DNA from: SAR86 cluster bacterium AG-422-O05
GTDB lineage: Bacteria > Pseudomonadota > Gammaproteobacteria > Magnimaribacterales > D2472
DNA: 64,000 nucleotides
Reading direction: 5' to 3'
NCBI GenBank assembly: GCA_003213495.1
Contig: QCMW01000001.1
Location: 1,045,296 to 1,109,295 of the forward strand
The notes beneath the pieces are model-generated. The model saw only the letters and a list, made by a program, of their open reading frames with translations, was not told the DNA's origin and did no database searches. Of the stretch, positions 18,726-29,619 are shown in pieces; positions within the stretch are counted from its first letter, which is position 1, and every line of letters starts with the position of its first letter. The translations under genes were made by a program, and so were the position numbers.

Positions 18726-20231
18726 ATGAAACTTATATTTATTCTAATTTTAACTTACATATTTGTGTCTTCTAATAATATTTCAGCTAATGAAAATATA
18801 GAAAATTGCAGTATAAAAAATGTTCCATCCAAAGAAAGAATTTTTTCAAAAAATTTTTCTGGTGTATTTAATGGAAAAAGAATTGATTATATTGCAAGTC
18901 TAAAAGAAAAGATTATTTATGAAAAAGACAATCCCAGTGAGCCAATGGCATCATTTTTTTACACAGAATACATTGTTGAATCAGATAAAAACAGACCAAT
19001 AATATTCAGTTTTAATGGTGGTCCTGGTTCGGCTTCGTTATGGCTTCATATGGGTGTTTTAGGTCCTAAAGTTATAAAAGTACCGAGTGACGCATCAGAT
19101 GATGGGGCAGCTCCCTTTAAAATAGTTGATAACAAATTATCTCCACTTAGTGATGCAGATCTTGTTTTTATTGATCCGATAGGTACTGGTTATAGTAGAG
19201 CAATTGGATGTCATGAACCTGAAGAGTTTTGGGGCGTAAGTGAAGATCCTAAAATTATTGCTGAATTTATTAGAAGATGGATCAATGATAATAAGCGTTG
19301 GAATTCTCCAAGATTTATTTTAGGTGAAAGTTATGGAGGTATTAGAGGTCCTTTATTAGTATCAGAATTAAGATCAGGCTCAATAACTCCAATTGAAGTA
19401 AATGGACTTCTGTTAGTTGCTCCTGCTTCAGATTATCAATATTTAGTTTTCCATCCCGGTAATAACAGTCCTCATTATGGATTTCTACCTTCATATGCAG
19501 CAACTGCTTACTATCATGGAAAAATAGAAACTAATAAAACACTTCAAGAATTTTATGAAGATTCAAAAAAGTTTAGTTTAGAAGTTTATGGGCCCGCTTT
19601 ACTAAAAGGAACAAGGATTTCAGATAGTGAAAAAAGTTCCGTAATGAAAAGATACTCTGAATTTACTGGTCTAAGTTTAAGATTTGTAGAAGATTTTGAT
19701 ATGAGGGTTGATCCTTCAAGTTTTAGAAAAGAATTACTCAGGGATGAGGGTTACTCTGTAGGTAGATTAGACTCAAGATATAAAAATTCTGATTATATGG
19801 CTGGTGGTCAATATCCTGATACAGACGTATCAAGTGAAGGTTTTATGTCAGCCTATGTTTCTGCTATACATACATGGTTTAGTGAAATTGGCGTAGAGAT
19901 GAAGATGTTATACCAAAGTGGTGATTACGATGTTTATTCAAGTTGGAAACATCCACAAGAATGGAAAGGTAACGACTTTGGATATGTAAATACTGTCCCA
20001 GATATTGCACGAGCTCAAAGGTATAACAAAGATTTTAAGGTATACGTTTCATGTGGATTATATGACTTAGCAACACCTTGCTTTACAGCTGAAAATTTTA
20101 TGTACGACAATACTGTTGATATGAGTAGGGTAGTCTTTTCAGAATTTGAAGCAGGTCATATGATGTATAACCATCAACCCTCATTCGATAGATTCTTAAA
20201 AGAGGTAAGAAGTTTTATTATTGGTGACTAG
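18726..20231 (+). CDS. Secreted serine carboxypeptidase, peptidase S10 family
   Basis: Signal peptide, NGGPGSAS motif, GESYGG nucleophile motif, and a C-terminal GHMMY histidine region. Confidence 0.75.
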   Translation: MKLIFILILTYIFVSSNNISANENIENCSIKNVPSKERIFSKNFSGVFNGKRIDYIASLKEKIIYEKDNPSEPMASFFYTEYIVESDKNRPIIFSFNGGPGSASLWLHMGVLGPKVIKVPSDASDDGAAPFKIVDNKLSPLSDADLVFIDPIGTGYSRAIGCHEPEEFWGVSEDPKIIAEFIRRWINDNKRWNSPRFILGESYGGIRGPLLVSELRSGSITPIEVNGLLLVAPASDYQYLVFHPGNNSPHYGFLPSYAATAYYHGKIETNKTLQEFYEDSKKFSLEVYGPALLKGTRISDSEKSSVMKRYSEFTGLSLRFVEDFDMRVDPSSFRKELLRDEGYSVGRLDSRYKNSDYMAGGQYPDTDVSSEGFMSAYVSAIHTWFSEIGVEMKMLYQSGDYDVYSSWKHPQEWKGNDFGYVNTVPDIARAQRYNKDFKVYVSCGLYDLATPCFTAENFMYDNTVDMSRVVFSEFEAGHMMYNHQPSFDRFLKEVRSFIIGD

Positions 20232-20264
20232 CAGTTCTTCTAGTAATCTTTATCGGAGTAAATT

Positions 20265-20786
20265 ATGGCTATTAAATTAAGCGATGTATCCCTAGGAACT
20301 TATCAGCAGCTTGTATCAGCGTCTCTATCAATAATAAAAAAAGCCGAGAATTATTTTATTGAGAAAGATATTAATCTTAATGAATTAACTAAAATGAGAT
20401 TAATTGAAGATATGGCACCTTTAACCTTCCAAGTTTTTAGTATTGTTCATCATTCAGTAGGTGCGATTGAAGCATTAAAATCTGGTGAGTTTAGGCCTCC
20501 GAATACACCAGAAAATCTTTGTTTTCAAGATCTTGTGAGTATGCTTGAAGATGCAAATAGAAGTTTAAAAGAAATGACTGAAGAAGAAATTAATTCACTT
20601 GCTAGTGGTAAGGTAATTTTTAAAATGGGTCAAATTGAATGGCCTTTTACTAGTGAAGATTTTATATTATCTTTTTCTCTTCCTAATTTTTATTTTCATG
20701 TTACGACAATGTATAACATGTTTAGAATTAAAGGGTTAAATATAGGAAAGCTTGATTTTGCAGGCGCCTTAAAAATGAAAGAATAA
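20265..20786 (+). CDS. DUF1993-like helical-bundle protein
   Basis: The length and the pattern ...MRLIEDMAPLTFQV...LPNFYFHVTTMYNMFR... resemble DUF1993. Recognised by eye only. Confidence 0.5.
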   Translation: MAIKLSDVSLGTYQQLVSASLSIIKKAENYFIEKDINLNELTKMRLIEDMAPLTFQVFSIVHHSVGAIEALKSGEFRPPNTPENLCFQDLVSMLEDANRSLKEMTEEEINSLASGKVIFKMGQIEWPFTSEDFILSFSLPNFYFHVTTMYNMFRIKGLNIGKLDFAGALKMKE

Positions 20787-20811
20787 AGATTAATTTAATA
20801 CTTTAATATTC

Positions 20812-23667
20812 TTAAGGATTTATTCTTGACCTTGTTCCTAATCCAGGACCATAGACAATTGCGTTTAACCATAGCCTATTGGTTCCAAGTGTTGCACCTC
20901 TAAAATTAGGCTCACCTGAAAATAATATTACCTGGCCATCTCCAATTCTTTCTCTAGTTAAATAAGCAGAGTTAGCAATCCTTTGTGAGGCTTCCGGCCA
21001 AACCAATCCACTCATCCTTACATTAAGATCATTACCTGCAGGCAGACTAGACCAATTTATAATTCTTGGTTCGTTAATTTCATTATTTGGTATTAATTGA
21101 CCTATTCTTACAGGAGCATCAACATAACTTCTTGTCATAAGAATAGGGAGGTTACTATATAAAACTGGAATTGTATTTGGAGTACCAAATGTTAACCAAT
21201 GTTCATCATCAATCCTTCCTGCAACTATAGACCCTGATGGCATAAAAATTGATTGCCATTTATCTCTAGATTTAAGCTCACTTTCAGATAAAGTACCATC
21301 TAACTCTTCCCATGGATAAGATATTTCGAAATCTACAATATTATTATTTGTTTTATCTTTATCAACATTTTCATATTGAGAGTATATTTCTCTTAATAAA
21401 TCAAAATTATACTTCTCACTTTCATCAAAAGTATTTTGTAGCTGTTTAACGCTACCAATTCCATATTCTGATGTTAAAAATCTTGTACTTCTGTTATGTG
21501 CAATCAGTGTTCCACCTTGAGAAACCCATTCAAACAGCGTTTCTACAGTATATTCATCCATTGATCGACCGCTTGGTATAATAATAGTGTTATATCTTCT
21601 TAAATCTCCATAACTAGCTAAAGATGCATTTATCATGCTGTGTCTTATTCCTAAATGATGATCCAACGACCACCAACTTACTCCTACATCGTACGAGTTA
21701 AATCCCTCATGACTTAACATGGCAATTTGAGGTTTTTCTAACAATCTAAAATGTCTACCACCCCAATCAGGAAGTTCTTCTGGACCAAATCCTGACTCAA
21801 TTGACACTACAGATATATTCAATTCATCTGAAACTGTTTTTACTAAATTTTGTAAATTTAAAATATCTGGGTTATCCATTTGAAGAACAGCAACACTACC
21901 TCTGGGAAATGTATAACCGGAAAGGGTAGATTCTTTATCAATAATCCTTACCTCTATATTTTGTTCCATTAAACGAGCTGCAAAAGCTACTGAATTATCG
22001 TCTGACCCATTAGTTGCCCAAATAACTGCATCTTTAACAACTTCACTAGAAACGGGTGATTGATTCCATATTTCAAGATTTGAATCTACATGTTCATTAA
22101 CTGTAACTGCATCTAAACCATACATCATAGTAAAGTTAAAAGCTGTTGTGTCATACATTATCGATGAACCGCTTTTTAAACTTTTTTGTCTTTCTTCAAC
22201 TAAAACATCTGTATCTATATCGGCATCAAATTCTAATATTGCTGCAATGAGTGGAGCTTCTGGTTGTCTATTCGGAATAATCATACTTCCTGCAGGAATT
22301 GTAAAATTTGTAACGAGCTGACCAGATTGTAAAGTTACATTCTCTACTTTAATATCTTTAGTATTTTGAAAAAGCTCTATATCTTGAGATTTTAATTTAC
22401 TAGCTAAAGTATTTAATCTAGTATTGTTGTCTGTTGGTAAAACTACAAAGGTTTGATTAGCATATTCACTATCTTTTGAGACATTGTATTTTCTTCCATC
22501 CCAATAATCTTTATACATTTCTTTTGAATTTTTAAGTAATGTTTCAAGATTAACTAATGTACTAATATATTGATGATGAACTGATTCTTTATATGATTGA
22601 ATAGTACCTTCTGGTCTTCTAACACCGTCTTCTGCCATTCTAGATTGTTCATAGAGTATTCCTAAAGTACCTCTAAATTGTACGTAAAAAGAATAACCAG
22701 GGTAGAGGTCTTCATGCCATTCACCAGTATAAAAACGCCAATTTCTTTCATCAAAAGCATTACCTTGATCTTGGGCAAATACATTACCCCATTTAATTAA
22801 ATCAGTATCAATATTTTTATTAATAGGTTCTCTTGGGGGCCCTGTCATAAACGTATCTTGGGGTCCCATCTCATGTCCATCAACAAGTATTTGAGGTCTC
22901 CATTTATTAATTAACTTTACTCTTCCTTTAGTTTCAGGTTGAGTTAGATAAAACCAATCTCTATTTAAATCAAAATAATAATGATTAGTCCTGCCGTATG
23001 GCCAGTCACCAGTATGAAGCAGGGATTGGTCATCATAATTTGGAGCTGTACCTCTATATTGTTCAAGAGATTTTACAAATCTTGCACGCCCATCAGGATT
23101 CATTAGCGGATCTACAATAATTACCATATTGTCTAACATATTTAAAACATCATCATCTATGCTTGCAATTAAATGATAAATAGCTGCCAAAGCTCCATCA
23201 GCTCCAGATGTTTCATTACCATGAATTGAATAGGCCATCCAAGCTACTGCTGGTAAGTTATCAATAATTGTTCTAGCTTTTCTATCATTTGTAGTTCTGG
23301 CATCTGATAGCGCAGACAAGTTATTTTTAATTTCGTCTAAATTATTGATATTTTCAGGTGAGGATATAAATACTGCATGAAGCGGTCTATTTTCATGAGT
23401 TCTTGCGTATTCAACAACTTTAATCCTCTCTGATTGAGTTGACCATGTTTTAAGCGCATTTGTTATTTGCCAGGGTGCAGCAACTCGCTCTCCAATACCA
23501 AATCCTAAAAACTCATCAGGATGTGTTATGTCATCCATATAAGTTCCATCTAAAATAGGTGTTTGATACAAATCTTTCGAATAAGATGTTGGATTCATCA
23601 AATCATCTGAGAGAATGATATTGGTAGAAAAAATTATAAAGAGGAGTGTAATAAATTTAGTTTTCAT
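20812..23667 (-). CDS. Secreted M14-family zinc carboxypeptidase with a long C-terminal extension (951 aa)
   Basis: Signal peptide. SIHGNETSGADGAL (H-x-x-E zinc motif) with a downstream DGHEMG histidine. Confidence 0.75.
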   Translation of the reverse strand: MKTKFITLLFIIFSTNIILSDDLMNPTSYSKDLYQTPILDGTYMDDITHPDEFLGFGIGERVAAPWQITNALKTWSTQSERIKVVEYARTHENRPLHAVFISSPENINNLDEIKNNLSALSDARTTNDRKARTIIDNLPAVAWMAYSIHGNETSGADGALAAIYHLIASIDDDVLNMLDNMVIIVDPLMNPDGRARFVKSLEQYRGTAPNYDDQSLLHTGDWPYGRTNHYYFDLNRDWFYLTQPETKGRVKLINKWRPQILVDGHEMGPQDTFMTGPPREPINKNIDTDLIKWGNVFAQDQGNAFDERNWRFYTGEWHEDLYPGYSFYVQFRGTLGILYEQSRMAEDGVRRPEGTIQSYKESVHHQYISTLVNLETLLKNSKEMYKDYWDGRKYNVSKDSEYANQTFVVLPTDNNTRLNTLASKLKSQDIELFQNTKDIKVENVTLQSGQLVTNFTIPAGSMIIPNRQPEAPLIAAILEFDADIDTDVLVEERQKSLKSGSSIMYDTTAFNFTMMYGLDAVTVNEHVDSNLEIWNQSPVSSEVVKDAVIWATNGSDDNSVAFAARLMEQNIEVRIIDKESTLSGYTFPRGSVAVLQMDNPDILNLQNLVKTVSDELNISVVSIESGFGPEELPDWGGRHFRLLEKPQIAMLSHEGFNSYDVGVSWWSLDHHLGIRHSMINASLASYGDLRRYNTIIIPSGRSMDEYTVETLFEWVSQGGTLIAHNRSTRFLTSEYGIGSVKQLQNTFDESEKYNFDLLREIYSQYENVDKDKTNNNIVDFEISYPWEELDGTLSESELKSRDKWQSIFMPSGSIVAGRIDDEHWLTFGTPNTIPVLYSNLPILMTRSYVDAPVRIGQLIPNNEINEPRIINWSSLPAGNDLNVRMSGLVWPEASQRIANSAYLTRERIGDGQVILFSGEPNFRGATLGTNRLWLNAIVYGPGLGTRSRINP

Positions 23668-23763
23668 AAGTTTATAGTAATTGAAATAATAAAAATCTGC
23701 ATTAAGTTTTATAAATGATAAGTATAAGTTTATTATTATATTTGTTTATAAATAGGAGTAAGT

Positions 23764-24069
23764 ATGAAAAATTTAGTAATTGTATCTTTTCCAGCAAAAG
23801 AAGGGATGTTAGATGATCTTAAAGAAACTTTAAAGGTCGCTTTACCAGATACTAGATCATTTGATGGATGTATATCAGTTGACACATACATAGAAGATTC
23901 TACCAATACAGTACATCTCATTGAGGATTGGGAGTCCTTAGATCATCAATCAAAATATCTTAATTGGAGAATTGAAACTGGTCTTTTAGGAGTATTAGAG
24001 CCATTATTAGAAGGAGGGGCAGCAGGTCTTAAGGCTATAATATGTGGTCCTAAACATGACACTATTTGA
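23764..24069 (+). CDS. Antibiotic-biosynthesis-monooxygenase (ABM)/Dabb-fold protein
   Basis: 101 aa. The pattern of a beta strand, G...F....L......R...GC......ED......H..E.W.S......YL is typical of ABM-domain proteins. AGGAG ribosome-binding site. Confidence 0.55.
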   Translation: MKNLVIVSFPAKEGMLDDLKETLKVALPDTRSFDGCISVDTYIEDSTNTVHLIEDWESLDHQSKYLNWRIETGLLGVLEPLLEGGAAGLKAIICGPKHDTI

Positions 24070-24122
24070 CATCATAATAATATAATAGTTCGCATAATAT
24101 ATATTATGTTAAATTAAATAAA

Positions 24123-26747
24123 TTATTTTATTTTTATTAAGTTGATAGCTTCAAACACATTGTTTAGGCCTCTTTTACTATAAGTAATGTAATGAGGGTC
24201 TAAATCACGTGGATATGCTAGTTTGTATCCATTAATTGGTATATCGATATTAAATATACTCTCTTCTTCGAAACCTATATGTTGAAGTCTAGCAGCAAAT
24301 GGATCTCCCAATCCAAGATTATAAATAGGATTCATATCCTTATCATGGAATGTAATCATATATTTGTCTTTGAAATTAATTCTATGATTTTTTATTGATT
24401 CTTTATTAACCTTGCCGATTTGATTATCTTTAATATTAATTGCATCGTTAGATATATTTAGTGTAAAGATTTTTTCAATTTCACCTGGTTGTACTTTAAT
24501 ATTAAAGTAATTATTTTTTGTTTCATTAATTCTTGATGCTTTTATGGGAGAAGTTGGAGGTATATAATTTTTCCAATTAATCTTATAGCCAACACCTAAG
24601 GCACAACATTGTTCTGCATATAAATAACTGTCTATATTGGACAGATCAACTGTATCATCAGTATCCTTGACTCCTGAAGTTCTGTGCCAATACCAAGTAC
24701 CAACGTATGGATAATCTGGATTAGCGTTTGGATTTGTATTTGGGTCAGGATCATAATAAGACCACATATTAAAAATACCTTCATATAAGTCTCTTGGATT
24801 TAATGGGTCATTAGGAGCTATCAAATTTCCTGTGAGATCTTCAACTTGCCATGAATATGTAATCATTGAGTCATCTTCTGGTCTATTAAATGTTACTTGA
24901 AGTTGATTCTCTAAATTAGTCTGCTCAATTCCATCCACATACCATGATAATTTCAGTTTATTAGTATCAAAGACTCCATTAATATCAAATGTTATATATT
25001 CGCCCAATGATTCCGAATTATCTAGATCAACATCATCACTAATATCAGATTTAATAAGGAAATCATCAAACCCATTGAATTGATTAGTAATTGAACCTAT
25101 AGCAAAACCTTCGACGTTTATTTTTCCATAATCAAGGAAACAGCACCACATAACACTAATCCACTTTGGCCTATATGTATCAACTTCATCGTAATATGTC
25201 CCTTGAAACAATCCTATTTTATCTTTACAACTATCATCATCATTTATACCTGGATAATTAGGGTCATAATTTGGGTGATTTTCATCATAAGTGTTGAAAT
25301 AACACTCGCAATCTTCGTAAGCAATATCATCTCGATAATAAATTTCACCATCCGGATAGTTATAACAAACATCGTAATCAACTCCAGGAACATTAGTCAT
25401 ATCTTCTATAAAATGATTCCATTTAACTATTGATGGATCTGATACTGCAGTAGTATTTACACTAAATTCTGCATACCATGAAGGAAATGATCTTTCTCCT
25501 CGAGAGTCGTATTCATCTCCCATGAAACCATGTGAGTGCCCTAATTCATGCTGGACAATTTCTGCCGATCTAGATGATATAGGCTGTATATTGACTGAGC
25601 CCTGTGCTACACCCCTACCAGACAATGTAGTCAAAAAAGAAACAGTATCCCAATCCCCTACTACATCACTTATCATTGACCTATCTACGTTTCCGATGCA
25701 ATAAATTCGTGCGTCCCATGATGCATAGCAACCCGTATCTATATTAAATATTGAAGCACCTGTGTGATTAGCTTCCTCAAGAACTAATACATTAAAATAA
25801 TCATTAAACACCTCATTAGCATCTGAATTTTTTAGATTATTAACAGATTCTAATAATCTTAAATGAAATTCATCTCTTTCATCAATTCCATTTAATTGAT
25901 CGCCAATAAATACATAATTTGTTCTAGCGTCAGTAGATGGATTCCCTATCAAATGATAAAGATATTGATCGCTAGAGCTACAATTATTACCATCATCATC
26001 ACAATTATAAGTAACTGATATGAGGTTTTTATTAGATATATAATAGCTCTCTAACTCACCCTCACATATAAAGTCTTCTAAATCATTTGCGCACAATGAC
26101 ATTTTAAATAGGCCAGCATTTTGAATGGTATCTAAATTAAATATTAAGCTTTGATTATTAGTTACAACATCATTTTCTGTTGTTTGTGTTATATCTAATA
26201 CTGCATTTACACTTTCATCTTGTAATTGGCCATAAAAGGTTAATTCACTAATTTCATTATCAACGTCTGTGATTTCAACTTTTACCGTTAATGTCTCATC
26301 AAACAGTAGACTAAGATCTGTATAAATACTTAGGTCATCTAATATTTGAATTACAGGAGGGTCATTTACAGGTCTGATTGTTATGTTTATAGGTAAGCTT
26401 TGAATTAATGTCTCACCAGTTGTAACGTTATTATCATCAACTCTAGCAGCTGTAATTCTTATAGAAAAGTTATCTGTACCAAAATAGTCTTGATTAGGTT
26501 GATATGAATATGAGCCATTTGATGATAATTCTGAGACCCCATTGGTTGTTGTATTTATTATTTCATAAGTGATTTGAGAACTATAATTCGTTGATGCTAT
26601 AAATGTAGATGTATGGCCATTATCTTCGTCAATACTTATCAAAGTATTTGTAGGAAGTGTTAAAGCAAATGGTGCAGACCCACCGCCTCCGCATGAAGAT
26701 ATTAAAAAACTTAAACATATAAATAATGATAATTTTGAAAGATGCAT
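24123..26747 (-). CDS. Large lipoprotein with cadherin-like repeats and an M64-like HExxH metallopeptidase domain
   Basis: Lipobox LISSC followed by GGGGS. Repeat-type VNDPPVI segment. Zinc motif [17 protein letters not shown] (M64-type HELGHSFG..DEY). Confidence 0.65.
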   Translation of the reverse strand: MHLSKLSLFICLSFLISSCGGGGSAPFALTLPTNTLISIDEDNGHTSTFIASTNYSSQITYEIINTTTNGVSELSSNGSYSYQPNQDYFGTDNFSIRITAARVDDNNVTTGETLIQSLPINITIRPVNDPPVIQILDDLSIYTDLSLLFDETLTVKVEITDVDNEISELTFYGQLQDESVNAVLDITQTTENDVVTNNQSLIFNLDTIQNAGLFKMSLCANDLEDFICEGELESYYISNKNLISVTYNCDDDGNNCSSSDQYLYHLIGNPSTDARTNYVFIGDQLNGIDERDEFHLRLLESVNNLKNSDANEVFNDYFNVLVLEEANHTGASIFNIDTGCYASWDARIYCIGNVDRSMISDVVGDWDTVSFLTTLSGRGVAQGSVNIQPISSRSAEIVQHELGHSHGFMGDEYDSRGERSFPSWYAEFSVNTTAVSDPSIVKWNHFIEDMTNVPGVDYDVCYNYPDGEIYYRDDIAYEDCECYFNTYDENHPNYDPNYPGINDDDSCKDKIGLFQGTYYDEVDTYRPKWISVMWCCFLDYGKINVEGFAIGSITNQFNGFDDFLIKSDISDDVDLDNSESLGEYITFDINGVFDTNKLKLSWYVDGIEQTNLENQLQVTFNRPEDDSMITYSWQVEDLTGNLIAPNDPLNPRDLYEGIFNMWSYYDPDPNTNPNANPDYPYVGTWYWHRTSGVKDTDDTVDLSNIDSYLYAEQCCALGVGYKINWKNYIPPTSPIKASRINETKNNYFNIKVQPGEIEKIFTLNISNDAINIKDNQIGKVNKESIKNHRINFKDKYMITFHDKDMNPIYNLGLGDPFAARLQHIGFEEESIFNIDIPINGYKLAYPRDLDPHYITYSKRGLNNVFEAINLIKIK

Positions 26748-26824
26748 TTGTACAAATTATAAACCGAAAATTTAAAAATAAATTAAATTACAATAATTAC
26801 TTAGATAGTTTAAAATGCAAATCT

Positions 26825-27043
26825 ATGTCAAAAGAAGATCAATTAGAATTTGATGGGGAAGTTATCGAAACACTTCCAAATACAAAATTTAAAGTGAAAT
26901 TAGAGAATGGCCATATCATTACTGCACATATTTCTGGAAAAATGAGAAAACACTATATTAGAATTTTAACTGGTGACAAGGTCAAGGTTGAAATGACTCC
27001 TTATGATCTCAGTGTTGGTAGAATAACTTTTAGAGGAAGATAA
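26825..27043 (+). CDS. infA: Translation initiation factor IF-1
   Basis: 72 aa, [72 protein letters not shown], near-identical in pattern to IF-1. The track ORF start at 26726 is an upstream extension. Confidence 0.95.
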   Translation: MSKEDQLEFDGEVIETLPNTKFKVKLENGHIITAHISGKMRKHYIRILTGDKVKVEMTPYDLSVGRITFRGR

Positions 27044-29284
27044 TTAGACCTTAACTTTATTCTTAGATTCAGTGAATTTTAACTTTCCTTTATAAAGATC
27101 TATTTTAATAACACCGCCACCTTTTAAATTACCAAATAATAATTTATCAACTAATGGTTTTTTAATATTTTGCGATATAAATCTTTCCATGGGTCTTGCT
27201 CCCATCTCTTTGTCGTAACCGTTATCGGCAATCCACTCAACTACTTTCTTAGAGACAACAATTTCTACATTTCTTTTATCAAGCTGCGCTTGAAGTTTTG
27301 TTAAAAATTTATCAACTATCGATAATATTACCTTCTTATCAAGATAACTAAATTGTATTGTCTCATCAAGCCTATTTCTAAATTCAGGTGAAAAAAGTTT
27401 ATTTAACGAGTTCATTGCATCAGTCTCATTAGATGTTTCATTGAATCCAATATTTCTTTTACTTAATAAGTCAGCACCTATATTTGTTGTCATAATTAAA
27501 ATAACATTTCTGAAATCTGACTTTCTTCCATTATTATCGGTTAATACACCTGCATCCATGACTTGTAACAAAATATTAAATATATCAGGGTGAGCTTTTT
27601 CAATTTCATCTAAAAGTAAAACGCAGTGTGGAGTTTTAACTATAGCTTCAGTTAACAATCCACCTTGGTCAAAACCAACGTATCCAGGTGGCGCACCTAT
27701 TAAACGCGAAACTGTATGTCGTTCCATATATTCACTCATATCAAATCTAACAAGATCTATACCTAAAATATTTGACAGTTGTTTTGATATTTCTGTTTTA
27801 CCTACACCTGTAGGTCCTGTAAATAAAAATGAACCGATAGTTTTATTTTCATCTCTCAAACCAACTCTAGATAATTTAATAGCATTAGATAACGTTTTTA
27901 CTGCTTTATCTTGACCAAAAATAACTCTTTTTAAATTTTCTTCGATGTTTTTAAGATTTTTCTTATCAGTTGATGAGATAGATTGTTCTGGAATTTTAGT
28001 AATTTTTGATATAGTCATTTCAATATCTTCTTTTGTGATCTTTATAGGTTTTTTATTTGTTCTATTTATATTTTTAAAGGCGCCTGTTTCATCAATTACA
28101 TCAATAGCTTTATCTGGTAAAAATCTATCATTTATATATTTTGATGATAACTCTACGGCAGATTTGATTGACTCTTCTGAATAAGAAACATCATGATACT
28201 CTTCATAAACATCAACTATGCCCTTTAGGATTTCCTCACACTCATCGAACGAAGGTTCGACAACATCTATTTTCTGAAAACGCCTTGATAAGGCTTGGTT
28301 TTGGTTAAATATACCTCTATATTCCTGGAAAGTTGTTGAACCAATACATCGTATTTGTCCCTTACCAAGTGCAGGTTTGAGCAAATTTGAAACATCTAAT
28401 GAACTACCTGATGCAGAGCCTGCACCTATAATAGTATGTATTTCATCTATAAATAGTATTGGTTTGTCTTCTTTTGAAAGAAAACTTAACACACTCTTAA
28501 GTCTTTTCTCAAAATCACCTCTATATTTAGTGCCAGCAATTAATCCTGCAATATCAAGAGAGTAAACCACAGAATCTTCTATAATCTCAGGTGTTTCGCC
28601 GGTTGCAATCAAATACGCAAGCCCCTCAGCAATAGCTGTTTTTCCGACACCACTTTCACCAACCAAAAGTGGATTATTTTTATTTCTTCTTGATAGAATT
28701 TGTATTAATCTTTCAATTTCTTTTTTTCTTCCAATTACTTTATCAATTTTCTTACTTTTTGCTTGGTTATTAAGATTAATTAAAAATTCATTTTTGTTTG
28801 TTTTTGATTTTGAGTTATCATCATAATCGTCTTCGCTTTCTTGAGCACTTCCTTCAACACTTTTTGGTCCATGAGATAAATAGGTTACGACATCTAATCT
28901 ACTGATTTTATATTTATTTAAAACAAAAACTGAGTGCGACTCTTTTTCAGAGAATATTGCAACAAGAATGTTAATTGGTTTGACAACTCCCTTCCCTGAA
29001 GATTGAATATGAAAAACTGCTCTTTGAAGAACTCTTTGAAATCCAAGAGTTGGCTGTACTGGTTTTTGCTGATCAATTTTTTTAACAATTGAATCTTTCA
29101 AATGCTCATTTAAATCTTGTTTAATTGACTCTAATTGAACATCTTCTGACTCAAAAAATTCTTTGACTTCATAATCTGACAATATCATCAAAAGTAAATG
29201 TTCAACCGTAATATATTGAATATTTGCTTCGTGAGCTTTGTCAAATAAACTTGCAATTGATAATTCTAATTCTTTACTAAACAT
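27044..29284 (-). CDS. clpA: ATP-dependent Clp protease ATP-binding subunit ClpA
   Basis: Two AAA+ modules (GESGVGKTAIAEGLA and GPTGVGKTEISKQL) and a Clp N-domain. It lies directly downstream of clpS. Confidence 0.95.
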   Translation of the reverse strand: MFSKELELSIASLFDKAHEANIQYITVEHLLLMILSDYEVKEFFESEDVQLESIKQDLNEHLKDSIVKKIDQQKPVQPTLGFQRVLQRAVFHIQSSGKGVVKPINILVAIFSEKESHSVFVLNKYKISRLDVVTYLSHGPKSVEGSAQESEDDYDDNSKSKTNKNEFLINLNNQAKSKKIDKVIGRKKEIERLIQILSRRNKNNPLLVGESGVGKTAIAEGLAYLIATGETPEIIEDSVVYSLDIAGLIAGTKYRGDFEKRLKSVLSFLSKEDKPILFIDEIHTIIGAGSASGSSLDVSNLLKPALGKGQIRCIGSTTFQEYRGIFNQNQALSRRFQKIDVVEPSFDECEEILKGIVDVYEEYHDVSYSEESIKSAVELSSKYINDRFLPDKAIDVIDETGAFKNINRTNKKPIKITKEDIEMTISKITKIPEQSISSTDKKNLKNIEENLKRVIFGQDKAVKTLSNAIKLSRVGLRDENKTIGSFLFTGPTGVGKTEISKQLSNILGIDLVRFDMSEYMERHTVSRLIGAPPGYVGFDQGGLLTEAIVKTPHCVLLLDEIEKAHPDIFNILLQVMDAGVLTDNNGRKSDFRNVILIMTTNIGADLLSKRNIGFNETSNETDAMNSLNKLFSPEFRNRLDETIQFSYLDKKVILSIVDKFLTKLQAQLDKRNVEIVVSKKVVEWIADNGYDKEMGARPMERFISQNIKKPLVDKLLFGNLKGGGVIKIDLYKGKLKFTESKNKVKV

Positions 29285-29619
29285 TAATCTGTTAAAGGTT
29301 CAATTTCACTTAAAAGTGGATGTCCGTGATCTTTTGCCATTGTATTAACTTCAAATGACATCATTTCAGCTATCTCTTTAGAGAATATACCACAAACTCC
29401 CTTCCCTTTTGTATGAACAGTCATCATTATTTCTGTCGATTTTTGATGCGTGTGACCAAATACAGTTTGCAGAACAAATACAACAAACTCCATTGGAGTA
29501 AAATCATCATTAATTAATATAACTTGATATGAAGGTGGATGCTTTATATCTGGTTCTTTTTCTAATACAACGGAACCAATATCTGATGAATTTTCATTAT
29601 CACTAGACAATCTTATCAT
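29284..29619 (-). CDS. clpS: ATP-dependent Clp protease adaptor ClpS
   Basis: PPSYQVILINDDFTPMEFVVFVLQTVF is the ClpS core. ATG at 29619 (GTG at 29622 is also possible) overlaps the icd stop. The clpS stop overlaps the clpA ATG by 1 nt. Confidence 0.92.
   Translation of the reverse strand: MIRLSSDNENSSDIGSVVLEKEPDIKHPPSYQVILINDDFTPMEFVVFVLQTVFGHTHQKSTEIMMTVHTKGKGVCGIFSKEIAEMMSFEVNTMAKDHGHPLLSEIEPLTD

Noticed and set aside
24093-24108. Perfect 16-bp palindrome CATAATATATATTATG between the convergent ABM and M64 genes. Also CAATTAATTG at 38062-38071 and TGTAAT-N15-ATTACA at 47775-47801 in the etfB/ETF-QO divergent spacer.
   Set aside because: These are pure A/T or very short palindromes, which are expected by chance in spacers of this composition. 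They would form very weak hairpins, and I could see no repeated occurrence. They are not reported as features.
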